From Octopus vulgaris (lineage: Eukaryota), in the NCBI GenBank assembly GCA_951406725.2, contig OX597828.1, positions 39,990,001 to 40,054,000 of the forward strand: a stretch of 64,000 nt of DNA, written 5' to 3'. How positions within the stretch are numbered: the first letter of the stretch is position 1; the number at the start of each line of letters is the position of its first letter. The position numbers were made by a program, and so were the translations under genes. The notes under the pieces were generated by a model. It did not search any database. It was not told the DNA's origin and was given only the letters and a program-made list of their open reading frames with translations. Shown here piece by piece: positions 24,928-37,390 of the stretch.

Positions 24928-26472
24928 AAAACTCCTACTCTATTTTTATAATTAAATATAATTAGAAATTGTATTAAAAAAATTGTTAAAATATTTTGTG
25001 TAGTGTAGAAGTATGGGCAATTTATTGCACAAATTTTAACAACAAAATCTTATGCTTTCTGCTATAGACACAAGGCCTGAAATTTTGGGGAAGGGGGTAA
25101 GTTGATTACATTGACCCCAGTACTCAACTGGTACTTAATTTATCAATCTTGAAAGGATGAAAAGCAAAGTAACCTCAGCAGAATTTGTACTCAGAATGTA
25201 ATGGCAGACAAAATACCGCTAAGCATTTCACCCAAACGGTTCTGCCAGCTCACTGCCTTATATGAACCCTTAAGGGCCATGTACCCAACTTTTAAGAACC
25301 ACTGTTCAAGACACTAAATCTTGGATGACATTATCCAATACACGTTCCATTTTTTAATGTGGTAGCATGTGATTTCAGTGAGGTTAAGCTACTCTTTCTA
25401 GTAAATCAAATAATCCTGTTTCACAAGTAAAAGTTTTAAAATATATAGGCTTATAAAGTAAAAAGTTAGGCAATTGAATTAGTGATGTTCATGCCTTCAG
25501 AAAGGCATCAACAATACACAATTATGAAAATGGTCTGACTCCAACCATGGCAAAACCCATCCGATCCAAGCCAGCACAGAAAGTGGATTTAAAAAATTGA
25601 TGATGATAATGATGATGAAGAATAAATTAGCATTTTAAGGATTAAATTTAGAATTGAATGTAGGAGACTTTTTTTTGTTTCTTTAATTGATGCAATTCTC
25701 TGGCTTTCTAGCTCCTGTCAAACCATCTAACCCATGCCAGCATGGAAAATTGATTGATGATGATGATGACGACGATGCTGATAAAGATGTTCATGGAGAC
25801 AAACTGCAAGAATTATAGAATCTCAGAATCGAGTAACCTGAATCTAACAGCAAGGTGTTTGACTGATTAGCAAAAACACACAAACTAGATTTTATAAAAC
25901 AAAAATCCTCAAGAACTGCAAAGGGTTGCAGTTTCTTCTAAGTCATCAAAATATTTTCTTGCCTATATCAGCTGACAAAAACTCAGATCAGCCTTTTAGC
26001 ATTTCAACTGACTATATCCAGCTCAAATATTCTACATGTTTTATGTTCAAACTGGCCTCTCACACCTACTATACAATGCCTTCTCCAATGACTTTACAGT
26101 GCACTGGCTCCACTCACTAATGTGATCTCCTGCCCCTACTAAATTGAGTGACCAGTATTCGATCCTAATTGCATTCTAGGATCATCACCACCATTCAAAT
26201 TGGTGAGTTATGCAAATTTGACTTGCCATAAAGGCAAAGGTGGTACCTGTTTGACAGCCACATTTTGTCCTTCAAGCTACGTTTTATCATTCCTTTTAAG
26301 TCATATTCAATTGCTGGCTTTCTCAACTACTGTCTGGATTCTTTTTAAGATGGTGTTTGCTTGGTGGTGATTGACACCTATAAATAGCAGCACCCCTCCA
26401 ATTCTGGTTCCTCTGTATCCAACTTGTACAGGAAAATTCCAGACTTAAAAAAGCATGGTTTCTCAATTTTAA

Positions 26473-26694
26473 CTCTTTAGCATTTTAACCAGCCATATCA
26501 ATGTCCAAATATTTTCCTTGTTTTATGCTCAAACCAGCTAGATCTGGATTTTCACACCTACTCTACTATATCATTCTAAAAATAAACAATCACATCACCA
26601 AAATCATGAAGCTACAAGATAATGCATGGTTAATTTTGAAACAATGTGAATGAATAATTATTGCATTTGACAGAAAAACCTGAATGTTAAAGGG
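26473..26694. mobile_element. piggyBac-type MITE; partial copy at about 25990-26085
   Basis: TTAA flanks at 26469-26472 and 26695-26698; homologous to 13010-13233. Confidence 0.85.
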
Positions 26695-26946
26695 TTAAAA
26701 AGAGCAATGAGATTCTCAGAGCTGTTTGGTTACAGCAGTATAGTAGCTGACTAATAATATAGAAGCTCCTTCTTTAGCTAAGAAGGACTGATAATATTTT
26801 GAGCCTAAATAAACACAAATCACAAACAGGGGAGTCTAGTCATTCAGCTGTCAAAATATTTCCTGTAATTTATAGGGAAACATCCAAACTTTGAGAAACT
26901 TTACTACCATGTTGAAACAGATGGATATAAAGTTGTGATAAAATGT

Positions 26947-27316
26947 AAGTGGAAGAATGGGTGAATGGTAAGAAGTTTGCTCCCCAACTACATGGCTTCA
27001 GGGTCAGTCCTATTGTGTGATACCTTGGGCGAGTGGCTTCTACTACAGCCCCAGGCTGACCAAAGACTTGTGAGTGGATTTGGCAAACAGAAACTGAAAT
27101 AAAACTGTGTGCTTGTGCGTGCGCGCGTGTTTGTCCCTGCCACTTCTTGACAACCAGAGTTGATTTGTTTATGCCCCAGCAGTTTAGCAAAAGAGACCTA
27201 TAGAATAAGTGCCAGACACTAAAAGCTAGTACCGGGCTCAATTCAATTGAAACCCTTCGAGGTGGTGCCCCAGCATGGCCACAGTCCAATGGCTGAAGCA
27301 AGTTAAAAATAAAAAT
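26947..27316 (+). mobile_element. SINE A1 (older)
   Basis: Colinear with the A1 consensus. Confidence 0.8.
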
Positions 27317-27452
27317 ATCTCACACATGTACACTTATGTGAGTGAGCATGGTATGTATATAATACGTATGGTATGCATGTATACATGTGTGTGCATGGAC
27401 ATGCTTGCGTGTGTGTGTGTGTGTGTGTGTACGCATGAGCAAATGTTTACAT

Positions 27453-27803
27453 CTCTTTTACTCTTTTACTTGTTTCAGTCATTTGACTGCGGCCATGCTG
27501 GAGCACCGCCTTTAGTTGAGCAAATCGACCCCAGGACTTATTCTTTGTAAGCCTAGTACTTATTCTATTAGTCTCTTATTGCCGAACCACTCAGTTACGG
27601 GGACGTAAACACACCAGCATCGGTTGTCAAGCGACACACACACACACACATATACATATATACGATGGGCTTCTTTCAGTTTCTGTCTACCAAATCCACT
27701 CACAAGGCTTTGGCCAGCCCGAGGCTATAGTAGAAGACACTTGCGCAAGGTGCCACGCAGTGGGGCTGAACCTGGAACATACCACACAGACACTCCTGCA
27801 CCT
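27453..27803 (-). mobile_element. SINE A1
   Basis: Reverse complement of A1 with small deletions. Confidence 0.88.
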
Positions 27804-28442
27804 AATATGAAGACATTCACAGAGAAGTCATTAACCATGTGAACCTGTTAACCTAGTAAAAAGAAGAATTAACAAAACATGGACACACACAAAACAAAAT
27901 CCCATTGTGTGTGTTTACATGAGCATTAAACAGTAACATACTCTGCCAACCTTTTGTTTACTCATTGCGTATCTATGTAGGCATGCATGCATGCATGCAT
28001 ATGTATGTATGTGTGTGTGATTATCTCTGTGTGTCTTCACAGTGACACTGCTTGGGCATTGATCAAACAAATTTTCTTTTTATATCCTGCATATAATATG
28101 TTTGTAGCTTGGTAGTTCAAGATGCAAAAGCCCAGTGGAATAATGTAGCATTCATGGGAAACCAGGATTGCCATTGGGGAGAGTATCTGACTGTGGAACA
28201 CTTCTGCAAGAAGTATCATCCAAATCATATCAGCTTCGAAAAAGGACATGTGAGAATGTGATGAGTGCGTGTGTTTGTATGTGTACATGTGCATGTAAAC
28301 ATGTGTGTGTTTGTCAGTGTGTACACATGTATGTGCATGTGTGTGTATATATAAGTGTTTGCATGTATGTATGTGTGTATGAGCGTCCGTGCATGTATTT
28401 GCATGTGTATATGTGCATGTATATATGTGTGTGTATATATAG

Positions 28443-28826
28443 AGGCGCAGGAGTGGCTGTGTGGTAAGTAGCTTGCTTACCAACCACATGGTTCCGGGTT
28501 CAGTCTCACTACGTGGCACCTTGGGCCCACCAAAGCCTTATGAATGGATTTGGTTGACGGAAACTGAAAGAAGCCCGTCGTATATATGTATATATATATA
28601 TATATGTGCGTGCGTGTGTGTGTCTGTGTTTGTCCCCCCAATATCGCTTGACAACTGATGCTGGTGTGTTTATGTCCCCGTAACTTAGCGGTTCGGCAAA
28701 AGATACCGATAGAATAAGTACTGGGCTTACAAAGAATAAGTCCTGGGGTCGAGTTGCTCGATTAAAGGTGGTGCTCCAGTATGGCTGCAGTCAAATGACT
28801 GAAACAAGTAAAAGAGTAAAAAGAGT
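28443..28826 (+). mobile_element. SINE A1
   Basis: AGGCGCAGGAGTGGCTGTGTGG head through GAAACAAGTAAAAGAG tail. Confidence 0.9.
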
Positions 28827-30591
28827 AATGAGTATATGTGTTTGTGTGTGAATATATGTGTTTGTGTGTATACATATGTGTGTAAAATCATCTTCAGCCT
28901 TGTTTTAGCATCCACTTTTCATTGCTTGCATTGATCAAACAAAATTCCTTGAAGTAGATTTTTAGCACACAGATGCTCTTGTTGATGCCGACCCTCATCT
29001 GTTCCCAAGTAAGGTAATATTTCTTCTTGTCCTCTGGACATGAAGAGCACAAGAACTGGACATATTTTCATGGAAGGATGCAAATGAACGACACTACTTG
29101 TATGATGGTGAGGATTTTGTTTTAAAATCAGCACGCTGTTTCAAGACAACAACACACACACACACACACTACACATAAATGCACAAACACACAACAGGCT
29201 CCTTTCAGTTTCCATTCACAAAACACACTCTTAATGCTTTAGTTAATCAGGAGATATAGTAAAAGACACTCTGCAAGATACAGTGCAGTAGAAGTGAACA
29301 TGAAGCCATGTGGCTAGGTGCATAAGACAGATTAGATATACATGGATGGGTGACATCTTTTAACTGTTATTAGCCTCAAGAGAGCCTTGAGGGAACACAC
29401 ATAAGATCAAAGGCACAGCATTCCCACCATAATTATCTCCTCTTTATATATATTTAGGTTGTCTGTATTGTACAATCCAGTGTATTTTCCTCTTTATTAA
29501 AGGTTCAAGGGAACTTGGATGCTATTTCTAACTGGCCAAGTAACAGTATAACATCTTACTGTTGGGTGGTAGACTTAACAGTGTCATCAAAGGCATGGGC
29601 ACATTGAGCAGCTACTTAGGGATTTACATGTCTAGTGGGGCTCAATACCAATTTATGTGTGCTGTGAGTGTGCATGCAGGGCCCTCAGTGCATTTGCTTA
29701 CCTGAGGGCCTATAATACTGTACATTGTATGAAGGACAGGTGGTTTATATGGTTATATTATTATTGTACTCTTGACCATTTTATTAAAGAATTCAAACCT
29801 GGCATAACCATAGTATACAAACATACAACATCTCTCTGATGGACAGCTTCACTGGTATTTTATACAGGAATGCTTAGCATCTTACAGTAAAAGTAAACAT
29901 AGATGGTTGAATTACATAAAACAGAGCAATGCCTGTCTTCAACAAATGAAATTTACAAAACAACATAAAAACATTTTATGAAACAGATACAACAACAAAA
30001 AAGACTTCATATATAATCTCAATGCAACAACATAATACAACAAAGAATAAACAACATCATACAACAATGACAAAACAACATTATACAACAAAGACCTAAA
30101 CACCGTGTCTATCTATTGCAAGATCTTCGTAATAGAATGCTAAAAGAAACTTATGAATGTTTCAGAAGAAAAGCCCTCATTACAAGAATTTTCTTTAAAA
30201 AAAAAAATTGACAAATCTTTAATTCAGATATTTACAAATTCAAAAATCTAACTCTTAAAACATTCACATGACTAAAAAATATAAGGGTAATCATTATAGC
30301 ATACATCGTATGAGTTAACGCCTTTTATTAACACTCCACATGATGCCACTCTAAGCTCTATGAGAGATTAAAAAAAACCCTCCTGCTTAAAAGTATTTAT
30401 GCCAAAATAAGAAAAAAATTTTCCACTCTCAGCTCCAAACAGTTGCTGATATTCTGCAAGGTTTAAGCAAGGCCCACACAGTGGTGAACTGCACCCACAT
30501 CAGGGTCGGTGCTGCTGCTATGGATGCAGACATCCAGAAGGGCCACTTATCAGATTGTCATTTGGTCACAAATACATTCTAGCCTCTAGCT

Positions 30592-30851
30592 CAGTGGTTC
30601 TCAACTAGGGTCCATGTAACTCTTGGAGGTCCACTTAAGATTTTGCAGTTAAAATTTACCTGCATTAAGATGGTTATACTTCTACAATGCACAAAATATT
30701 TTAACAATTTTCTTTTATACAATCCATAATAATATTTAATTATGAAAATATATTAGGGATATTTTAAACACTGAATGGTTATGAGGATCTATCAGAGTAG
30801 AACGGGAATCAAATGGGTCCATAGGTAAAAAAAAATGGTTGAGAACCTTTG
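30592..30851. mobile_element. hAT (Charlie-like) MITE
   Basis: TIRs CAGTGGTTCTCAAC / GTTGAGAACCTTTG; perfect 8-bp TSD CTCTAGCT at 30584-30591 and 30852-30859. Confidence 0.9.
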
Positions 30852-31518
30852 CTCTAGCTCATAGATGTGTTGTTTGCTTCACTCTATCTTTTCTGCTATT
30901 GCTTCAGTTCCTTGAATTTGGCTGGTTCCATACTTCCTTCAGTTACCTACTCCTGACCCGCCTGTCTCCCCACCTTTTATCACTTTTGTTGTATCCAACC
31001 CATCTCCAAGTCCTGCCACTAAACACTACGCTCAGTCATTCCTCCTGTATCATCCTCCTGCTATCTTCCTCTTGCTCAGGTCTTTCCTACAGCTGTTGAC
31101 CTTCAAGTATTTAAATGGAATATTAACAGCATCAAGCTTTCCATTCTTGGAGGACCTACATAGGGGGTACCACCCATTTCTCCAGATTCAGTTATTAAAA
31201 ATAAACCCCCAGTTTCGTACTGAAAATCTAAGATATTTCACTAAATTTCTTTCAATTCTTTATTATTTTCAAAATTAACTGTATCTCTAATGAAATTAGA
31301 GATACAATAACAAAAGGTTCCTGTTTGGCTTGCTAGCTTCAATATGGAACCCTATTCAACCTAGACAGATTTAGACAAATAACCAACAAAAATAGAATAA
31401 TTAATAAGATAGAGCTCTTGGTGTTTACACCACACAGTGGTGGATTACACAACATGATAGCTTAAAAGGACACATAATTATTTCTATAGAATTAAAAAAA
31501 AACAAACAAGAAACTAAC

Positions 31519-31551
31519 TTGTAAAATTCCACTTTCGTCTTCTTGTGTTGT
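31519..31551 (-). CDS. Candidate 33-nt frame-preserving exon
   Basis: Acceptor cattcttttccAG, donor CAA|GTTAGT; open in all three frames (e.g. QHKKTKVEFY). Confidence 0.35.
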
Positions 31552-31569
31552 CTGGAAAAGAATGTTACC

Positions 31570-31997
31570 GATACAGTTTAGTAAGGACATTAGTATTTAC
31601 ATTGTTAAATTAGTATAGAGTTAAATAAGGATGCTATACAAGTTAAACAAAGACATGCAATTGTTAAAGAGTGAAATATAGACATCATCCAACTATTATA
31701 TATTGACATAAAGACATTGTGTAAATGTTATACAGTAAAATATAGACATTATCCAATCACTAAATAATTAAAGGTATAGCCCAATCATTATACAGTTAAA
31801 TAAAGACATTATCCAATCACTATACAGTTAAATAATGACATTAACCAATCACTATAGAGTAAAATAAAGACATTGTCCAATTGCAATGCAGTTAAATAAA
31901 GACAGAATCCAATCACTATAAAGTTAAATGAAGATATACCAGTGAAACAAAGATACTACACAATCATTATACAGTTAAATAAAGACACTATCCAATT
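31570..31997. repeat. Degenerate ~32-bp minisatellite (about 13 units)
   Basis: Unit TATACAGTTAAATAAAGACATTATCCAATCAC repeated with divergence. Confidence 0.85.
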
Positions 31998-32485
31998 GAG
32001 AAAAGAAGTGATATTGCTAGAAACAAATCAGATATCAGTTGGGTATATATTTGTTCATAGGTGAGCATGTACTGGTTTGTAATGGTAATAAACTGAAGGC
32101 TCAACTAAAAGTTGATGTCCTACAAAATCCATTGATTTCTTATATAAAGACACGTTATGAGACTTAACCAGAGATCAGTAGAGATCAACAAAAACTATGT
32201 GACATTTGTATTATTTTCAAAAACACCGAAACTGTGACATTCATTCTGTTTTCAAAAGCATGAGCCACAGACTATAACTATTATTTGTACCATTGTATTG
32301 CAAAATACTAGGTCACTGGATTTACTCCAGCTATAGTCTAAGCAATGAAGTCTTAATTTATTTGAAACCATTTAATCTTTTAGATTACATGCCCAGGCTG
32401 TTATATTGCATCCCTGTATAATACAATCTGCATATTAGGGTTTGTAGTATGGTTCTGACAAAGGCAGAGGTATGGCTGTGTAGAT

Positions 32486-32848
32486 AGGTGCAGGCATGGC
32501 TGTGTGACCCCATAGGCATGTGTCCTCTACTGTAGGTCCTGATTGACCAAAACCTTTGAGTGGATTTTGGTAGATGGAAACTGAAAGAAGCTCGTTGTAT
32601 ATGTACATATGTGTGTGTGTGTGTGTGCACGTGTCTGTCTTTATCCATCACCACCACCTGACAAATACATTGGTGAGTTTACAACCAGGCAACTTAGCAA
32701 TTCAGTAAAATGAGAGCAACAGAATAAGCATCAAGCTTAAAAATAAAAAGTAATGGGGTCAATTCATTCAAATAAAAAATTCTTCGAGGCAGTGCCACAG
32801 CATGGCCACAGCCTAATGACTGAAACAAGTAAAAGATAAAAGATAAAA
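32486..32848 (+). mobile_element. SINE A1, old copy
   Basis: Diverged A1 head, core and tail. Confidence 0.75.
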
Positions 32849-32976
32849 TGATTAAATCTGTGGAGTGCAACTATTCATTTCACTGACACTGCAGCTCATA
32901 GGTTTGCTTCATCAGAGCTGATATTTGCCTGACATTGGTGCAGGTTATTAGTTTCAGAAAAAAAAAACATGATGAT

Positions 32977-33168
32977 AGACGCAGGAGTGGCTGTGTGGTA
33001 AGTAGCTTGCTTACCAACCACATGGTTCCGGGTTCAGTCCCACTGTGTGGCACTTGGGCAAGTGTCTTCTACTATAGCCTCGGGCCGACCAAAGCCTTGT
33101 GAGTGGATTTGGTAGATGGAAACTGAAAGAAACCCGTCGTATATATGTGTGTGTGTGTATATATATAT

Positions 33169-33219
<51 letters not shown>

Positions 33220-33410
33220 TATATGTATGTGTGCGTATGTGTTTGTGTGTCTGTGTTTGTTCCCCTGCAACATCATTTGACAACCGATGCTGGTGTGTTT
33301 ATGTCCCCACAACTTAGCAGTTCGGCAAAAGAGACCGATAGAATAAATACTAGGCTTACAAAAAATAAGTCCTGGGGGCGATTTGCTCGACTAAAAAGGC
33401 GGTGCTCCAG
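32977..33410 (+). mobile_element. Young SINE A1 lacking its terminal ~35 nt, fused to an RTE
   Basis: A1 sequence stops at GGCGGTGCTCCAG (33410) and runs directly into RTE coding sequence. Confidence 0.9.
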
Positions 33411-34608
33411 TTCTGGTGGGCAATGAGGAAACTAGGGATAGATGAATGGTTAGTGAGAGCTGTGCGGGCCATGTATAGGGACGCTGCTAGTAGGGTGAGG
33501 GTTGGAAATGAGTACAGTGAAGAATTCCGGGTAGAGGTAGGGGTCCACCAAGGCTCAGTACTCAGCCCCCTCCTATTTATCATAGTCCTCCAGGCAATAA
33601 CGGAGGAATTCAAGACAGGATGCCCTTGGGAGCTCCTCTATGCTGATGACCTTGCTCTAATTGCTGAGTCGCTATCAGAACTGGAGGAGAAGTTTCAGGT
33701 GTGGAAACAAGGATTAGAATCGAAGGGCCTCAGAGTTAATCTAGCTAAAACCAAAGTCGTAATCAGTAGGAAGGTAGACAAATCACAAACACCTTCAGGT
33801 AGATGGCCCTGCTCGATCTGTAGAAAAGGTGTAGGTAGAAACTCTATAAGATGCACCAAGTGTAAGCTATGGACACATAAGAGATGCAGCAATGTCAAAG
33901 GAAGGCTAACTAGGAAGATGGTTTTTGTATGTAGCAGATGCTCAGGAACAATAAACACTGAAAATTAACACTGAAGATGCTCTGAGACCAACTTCCGTCA
34001 CTTTCCAGGGAGAAAAACTAGAAATAGTTGATAGTTTCCGTTACCTAGGTGACCAAGTCAGCAGCGGGGGCGGGTGTGCTGAAAGTGTAACTGCTAGAGT
34101 AAGAATAGCTTGGGCAAAGTTCAGAGAGCTCTTACCTCTGCTGGTGACAAAAGGCCTCTCACACAGAGTGAAAGGCAGACTGTATGATGCATGTGTACGA
34201 ACAGCCATGCTACATGGCAGTGAAACATGGGCCGTGACTGCTGAGGATATGCGTAAGCTCGCTAGAAATGAAGCCAGTATGCTCCGATGGATGTGTAATG
34301 CCGGTACTCACACTCGGCAGAGTGTAAGTACCTTGAGAGAAAAGCTGGACCTAAGAAGCATCAGTTGTGGTGTGCAAGAGAGACATTTGCGCTGGTATGG
34401 TCATGTGGCGAGAATGGATGAAGATAGTTGTGTGAAAAAGTGCCACACCCTAGTGGTTGAGGGAACCTGTGGAAGAGGCAGACCCAGGAAAACCTGGGAC
34501 GAGGTGGTGAAGCACGACCTTCGAACTTTAGGTCTCACTGAGGAAATGACTAGAGACCGAGACCTCTGGAAGTGTGCTGTGCGCGAGAAGACCCGGAAGG
34601 ACAAGTGA
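33411..34608 (+). pseudogene. RTE reverse transcriptase fragment with embedded PHD-like finger; frameshifted at about 33960
   Basis: ORF 33402-33968 continues in another frame from 33967 to 34608; a 13-bp tandem duplication (AACACTGAA at 33954 and 33967) breaks the frame. Confidence 0.9.
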
Positions 34609-35212
34609 GTCCATAACCCGTGGCCTTCTACATGGGATGGAGCCAGCCTAGGTATGCATACCTTCCCTTCTTGGGACACAAAACTCTACTTGTGAAGATG
34701 TGTTGAGGCAAGTGAGGACCAGAATCGAAATCGATCAATGGAAATTGCGGATGTGTTACCAGTGCCGGTGGCATGTCGAAACTCTACTTGTGAAGACCCG
34801 TTGAGGCAAGTGAGGATCAGAATCGAAATCGATCAATGGAAATTGATCAATGGAAATTGCAGATGTGTTACCAGTGCCGGTGGCATGTAAAAGAACTTTC
34901 CGTTTCGCGACCGTTGCCAGCACCGCCCCGTTTCGTGTCCGTTGCCAGCCTCGCCTGGCACATAAAAAGCACCATCCGTTCGTGGCCGTTTGCCAGCTCT
35001 GTCTGGCACCAGTGCGGGTGGCACGTAAAAAGCACCCACTACACTCACGGAGTGGTTGGCGTTAGGAAGGGCATCCAGCCGTAGAAACACTGCCAGATTT
35101 GACTGGGCCTGATGAAGCCTTCTGGCTTCCCAGACCCCAGTAGAACCGTCCAACCCATGCTAGCATGGAAAACGGATGCTAAACGATGATGATGATGATG
35201 ATGATGATGATG
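33411..35212 (+). mobile_element. 5'-truncated RTE-clade LINE (RT C-terminal half, 3' UTR, (GAT)n tail)
   Basis: RT motifs GVHQGSVLSPLLF, LLYADDLAL, VNLAKTK, FRYLG, MLHGSETW, LRWYGHV, RGRPRKTW; stop at 34608. Confidence 0.95.
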
Positions 35213-35562
35213 GGGTGTAGACATGGCTGAGTGACTAAGAAGCTTGCTTCTCAGCCATGTGACTCAATCCCACCATGTTGCACTTTGGGCAAGTGTCTTC
35301 CAATAAAGCCTTTGACCAATCAAAGCCATGTGAGTAGATTTGGTAAACAGAAGCTGAAAGAAGCTCCTTGTGTGTGTGTGTGTGTGTATATTTGTTTGTC
35401 ATTTGACTGCGGCCATGCTGGAGCACCACCTTTAGTTGAACAAATCGACCCCAGGACTTATTCTTTGTAAGCCTAGTACTTATTCTATCAAGCTCTTTTG
35501 CTGAATTGCTAAGTTATGGGGGAATAAACACCCCAACATTGGTTGTCAAGTGATGATAAAGG

Positions 35563-35633
<71 letters not shown>

Positions 35634-35881
35634 GATTATGAGCATCATTCGCATACAATTCAGGCCTAAGCCTATACTAGAAACAATAAATGAAAATAAT
35701 AGTATTTCTTTTGACTCTTTACATTCCAAGTTCAAAACCCACCATAGTCAATGTTGCCTGTCATTCCTTCAGGGTCAATAAAATAAAGCACCAGTAAAGA
35801 ACTGGGGTTGATATAGTCAACTACTCCGCTTACCAAAATTTCAGGCTTTGTGCCACTGTCAGAAACAACAAGAACAACAAC

Positions 35882-35913
<32 letters not shown>

Positions 35914-36219
35914 TAATAATAATAATAGTTGTTGTTGCTGCTGTCTGTTTGAAAGAGCAATATCTGCAATATACCACAAATATAAGACTTTTACAGCATA
36001 ATACAACGCTTTTATGACATTTAAGTCAAGACTTGTTTTATTGAAAATGTCACTGTTCAGAGATGGGGTCCCCCCTACTTTCTAAATGCCAGTCTAAACC
36101 TGTTTTCTAATCTCTCAGATGGCAATTTACTATACAACAAAACTCATCACTCTTAATTTCCTTCCATACTTTAAAGATACTCCCACTACCACTAAAATAT
36201 ACCTCCCACTTGAATCTGT

Positions 36220-36790
36220 ATGTGGTCACTTGAACTGCTAGAAATAGCAGTAAAATCTCTTTCAAATCATATTATACAACCTTAAAAGAAAAGGACATAC
36301 ATGATGGATCAAGCGGTCCTGAGATCCCTGCAGACATGAAAACAGTAGGAAGATCATGATTGGAATGCCTTTCATTACCAGTTTGGTTGATGAAGGTTGA
36401 CCAGGTGCTAAACAAAGGAACCTATTTTCTAATTGTTTCAAATTCAACACCTTACTCCCCCACCCAAAGATCCTATTGACACCCAACAACTCCTCAACAC
36501 CCTAGCTACTGGCCTATGACAGCCCAGTTTACAAAGGCCATAGGCACTGCTAAAAATAGCAGTAAAATCTCTTCCAAATCATGCCATACTATCTTGGAAA
36601 AAAAAAAAGGACATGATAGATATGAAGTGGTCCTGGGAATGCTTTACCAGTTTGGTTGAAGGTTTAGCTGGTGCTAAACAAAAACCTATTTTCTAATTGT
36701 TTCAAATTCAATACCTTACTACCCCCAACAGCCCCTCAACATCATAGCTACTGGCCCATGGTAGTCCAGTCTACAAAGATCCACAAGGGC
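36220..36790. repeat. Local tandem duplication of about 315 bp
   Basis: CTGCTA.AAATAGCAGTAAAATCTCTT...TGCTAAACAAA...CCTATTTTCTAATTGTTTCAAATTCAA...TAGCTACTGGCC occurs twice. Confidence 0.8.
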
Positions 36791-37028
36791 CATGAACATA
36801 GACTCTTCTTACTCTCAACTAAATATTTAGTCACTGTTTCTTCTACCCTCTCACCTCACTTGTTGCTACTCTTCCTCTTTCTACGGCCATCCCTATTGTA
36901 TTTCTTGCCGGACATATACAATACTCTCACACTCATGGAATTTTTTTTTTATCCAGGTTTTCCTTGAAAGTAACTAACCTACAACCAATCTATGTCAAAT
37001 TCTGTGTATTTATCAATCAGACTTCATT

Positions 37029-37390
37029 TTGAATCCTGAAATACGACAAAACTGCTGCATCAACTTTCTTCAACAAACTCCACTCAAAAGACATCTAAGG
37101 TGGCTTGGCTATACTCTCCATCAACATCTGGGAGAATTCATTCACAGGGCGGTCAACCTAGTTCTTCACCCAGGCTGGTGCAAACAAGCTGTAGGACAAT
37201 TGGAGACATGGCTAGCAATGGTAAAGGGTGGAAGTACAACTGGGTCACCCACATCTATGGTCTTTGGCTGTAGAAGAGCAGGTCAGTATCCATTACAACT
37301 TCGACTGCAGTTGACCACTGGGTGTGGTCAGCATTCATGAGGGATGTGGTAAACTCAATGACTGGAGTTGGTTCAACCCACCCTGAGTGA
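37029..37390 (+). pseudogene. Decayed RTE-like ORF C-terminus
   Basis: RHLRWLGYTL...PGW...GQLETWLAMVK resembles the RTE 'RLRWLGHV...G.P..TW...VK' motifs. Confidence 0.55.

Larger units (their letters stand above)
23119..25304. mobile_element. hAT MITE (same family as 4036 and 30592) split by five nested insertions
   Basis: Left TIR CAGTAGTTCTC at 23119, right TIR AAGAACCACTG ending 25304, TSD TTCTAAAC/TTCAAGAC; body resumes at about 24935. Confidence 0.7.

Noticed and set aside
32866-32920. Minus-strand hammerhead-like CAGCU-CUGAUGA...GAAAU...AGUUG
   Set aside because: Stem I is possible, but stem II and the stem III/NUH site cannot be built convincingly; at best a very old relic.
35109-35150. 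CTGATGA plus AGCC/GGCT hairpin in the RTE 3' UTR as a hammerhead
   Set aside because: No GAAA follows the stem, and other copies of this UTR read CTGGTGCAGCC, so the box is incidental.
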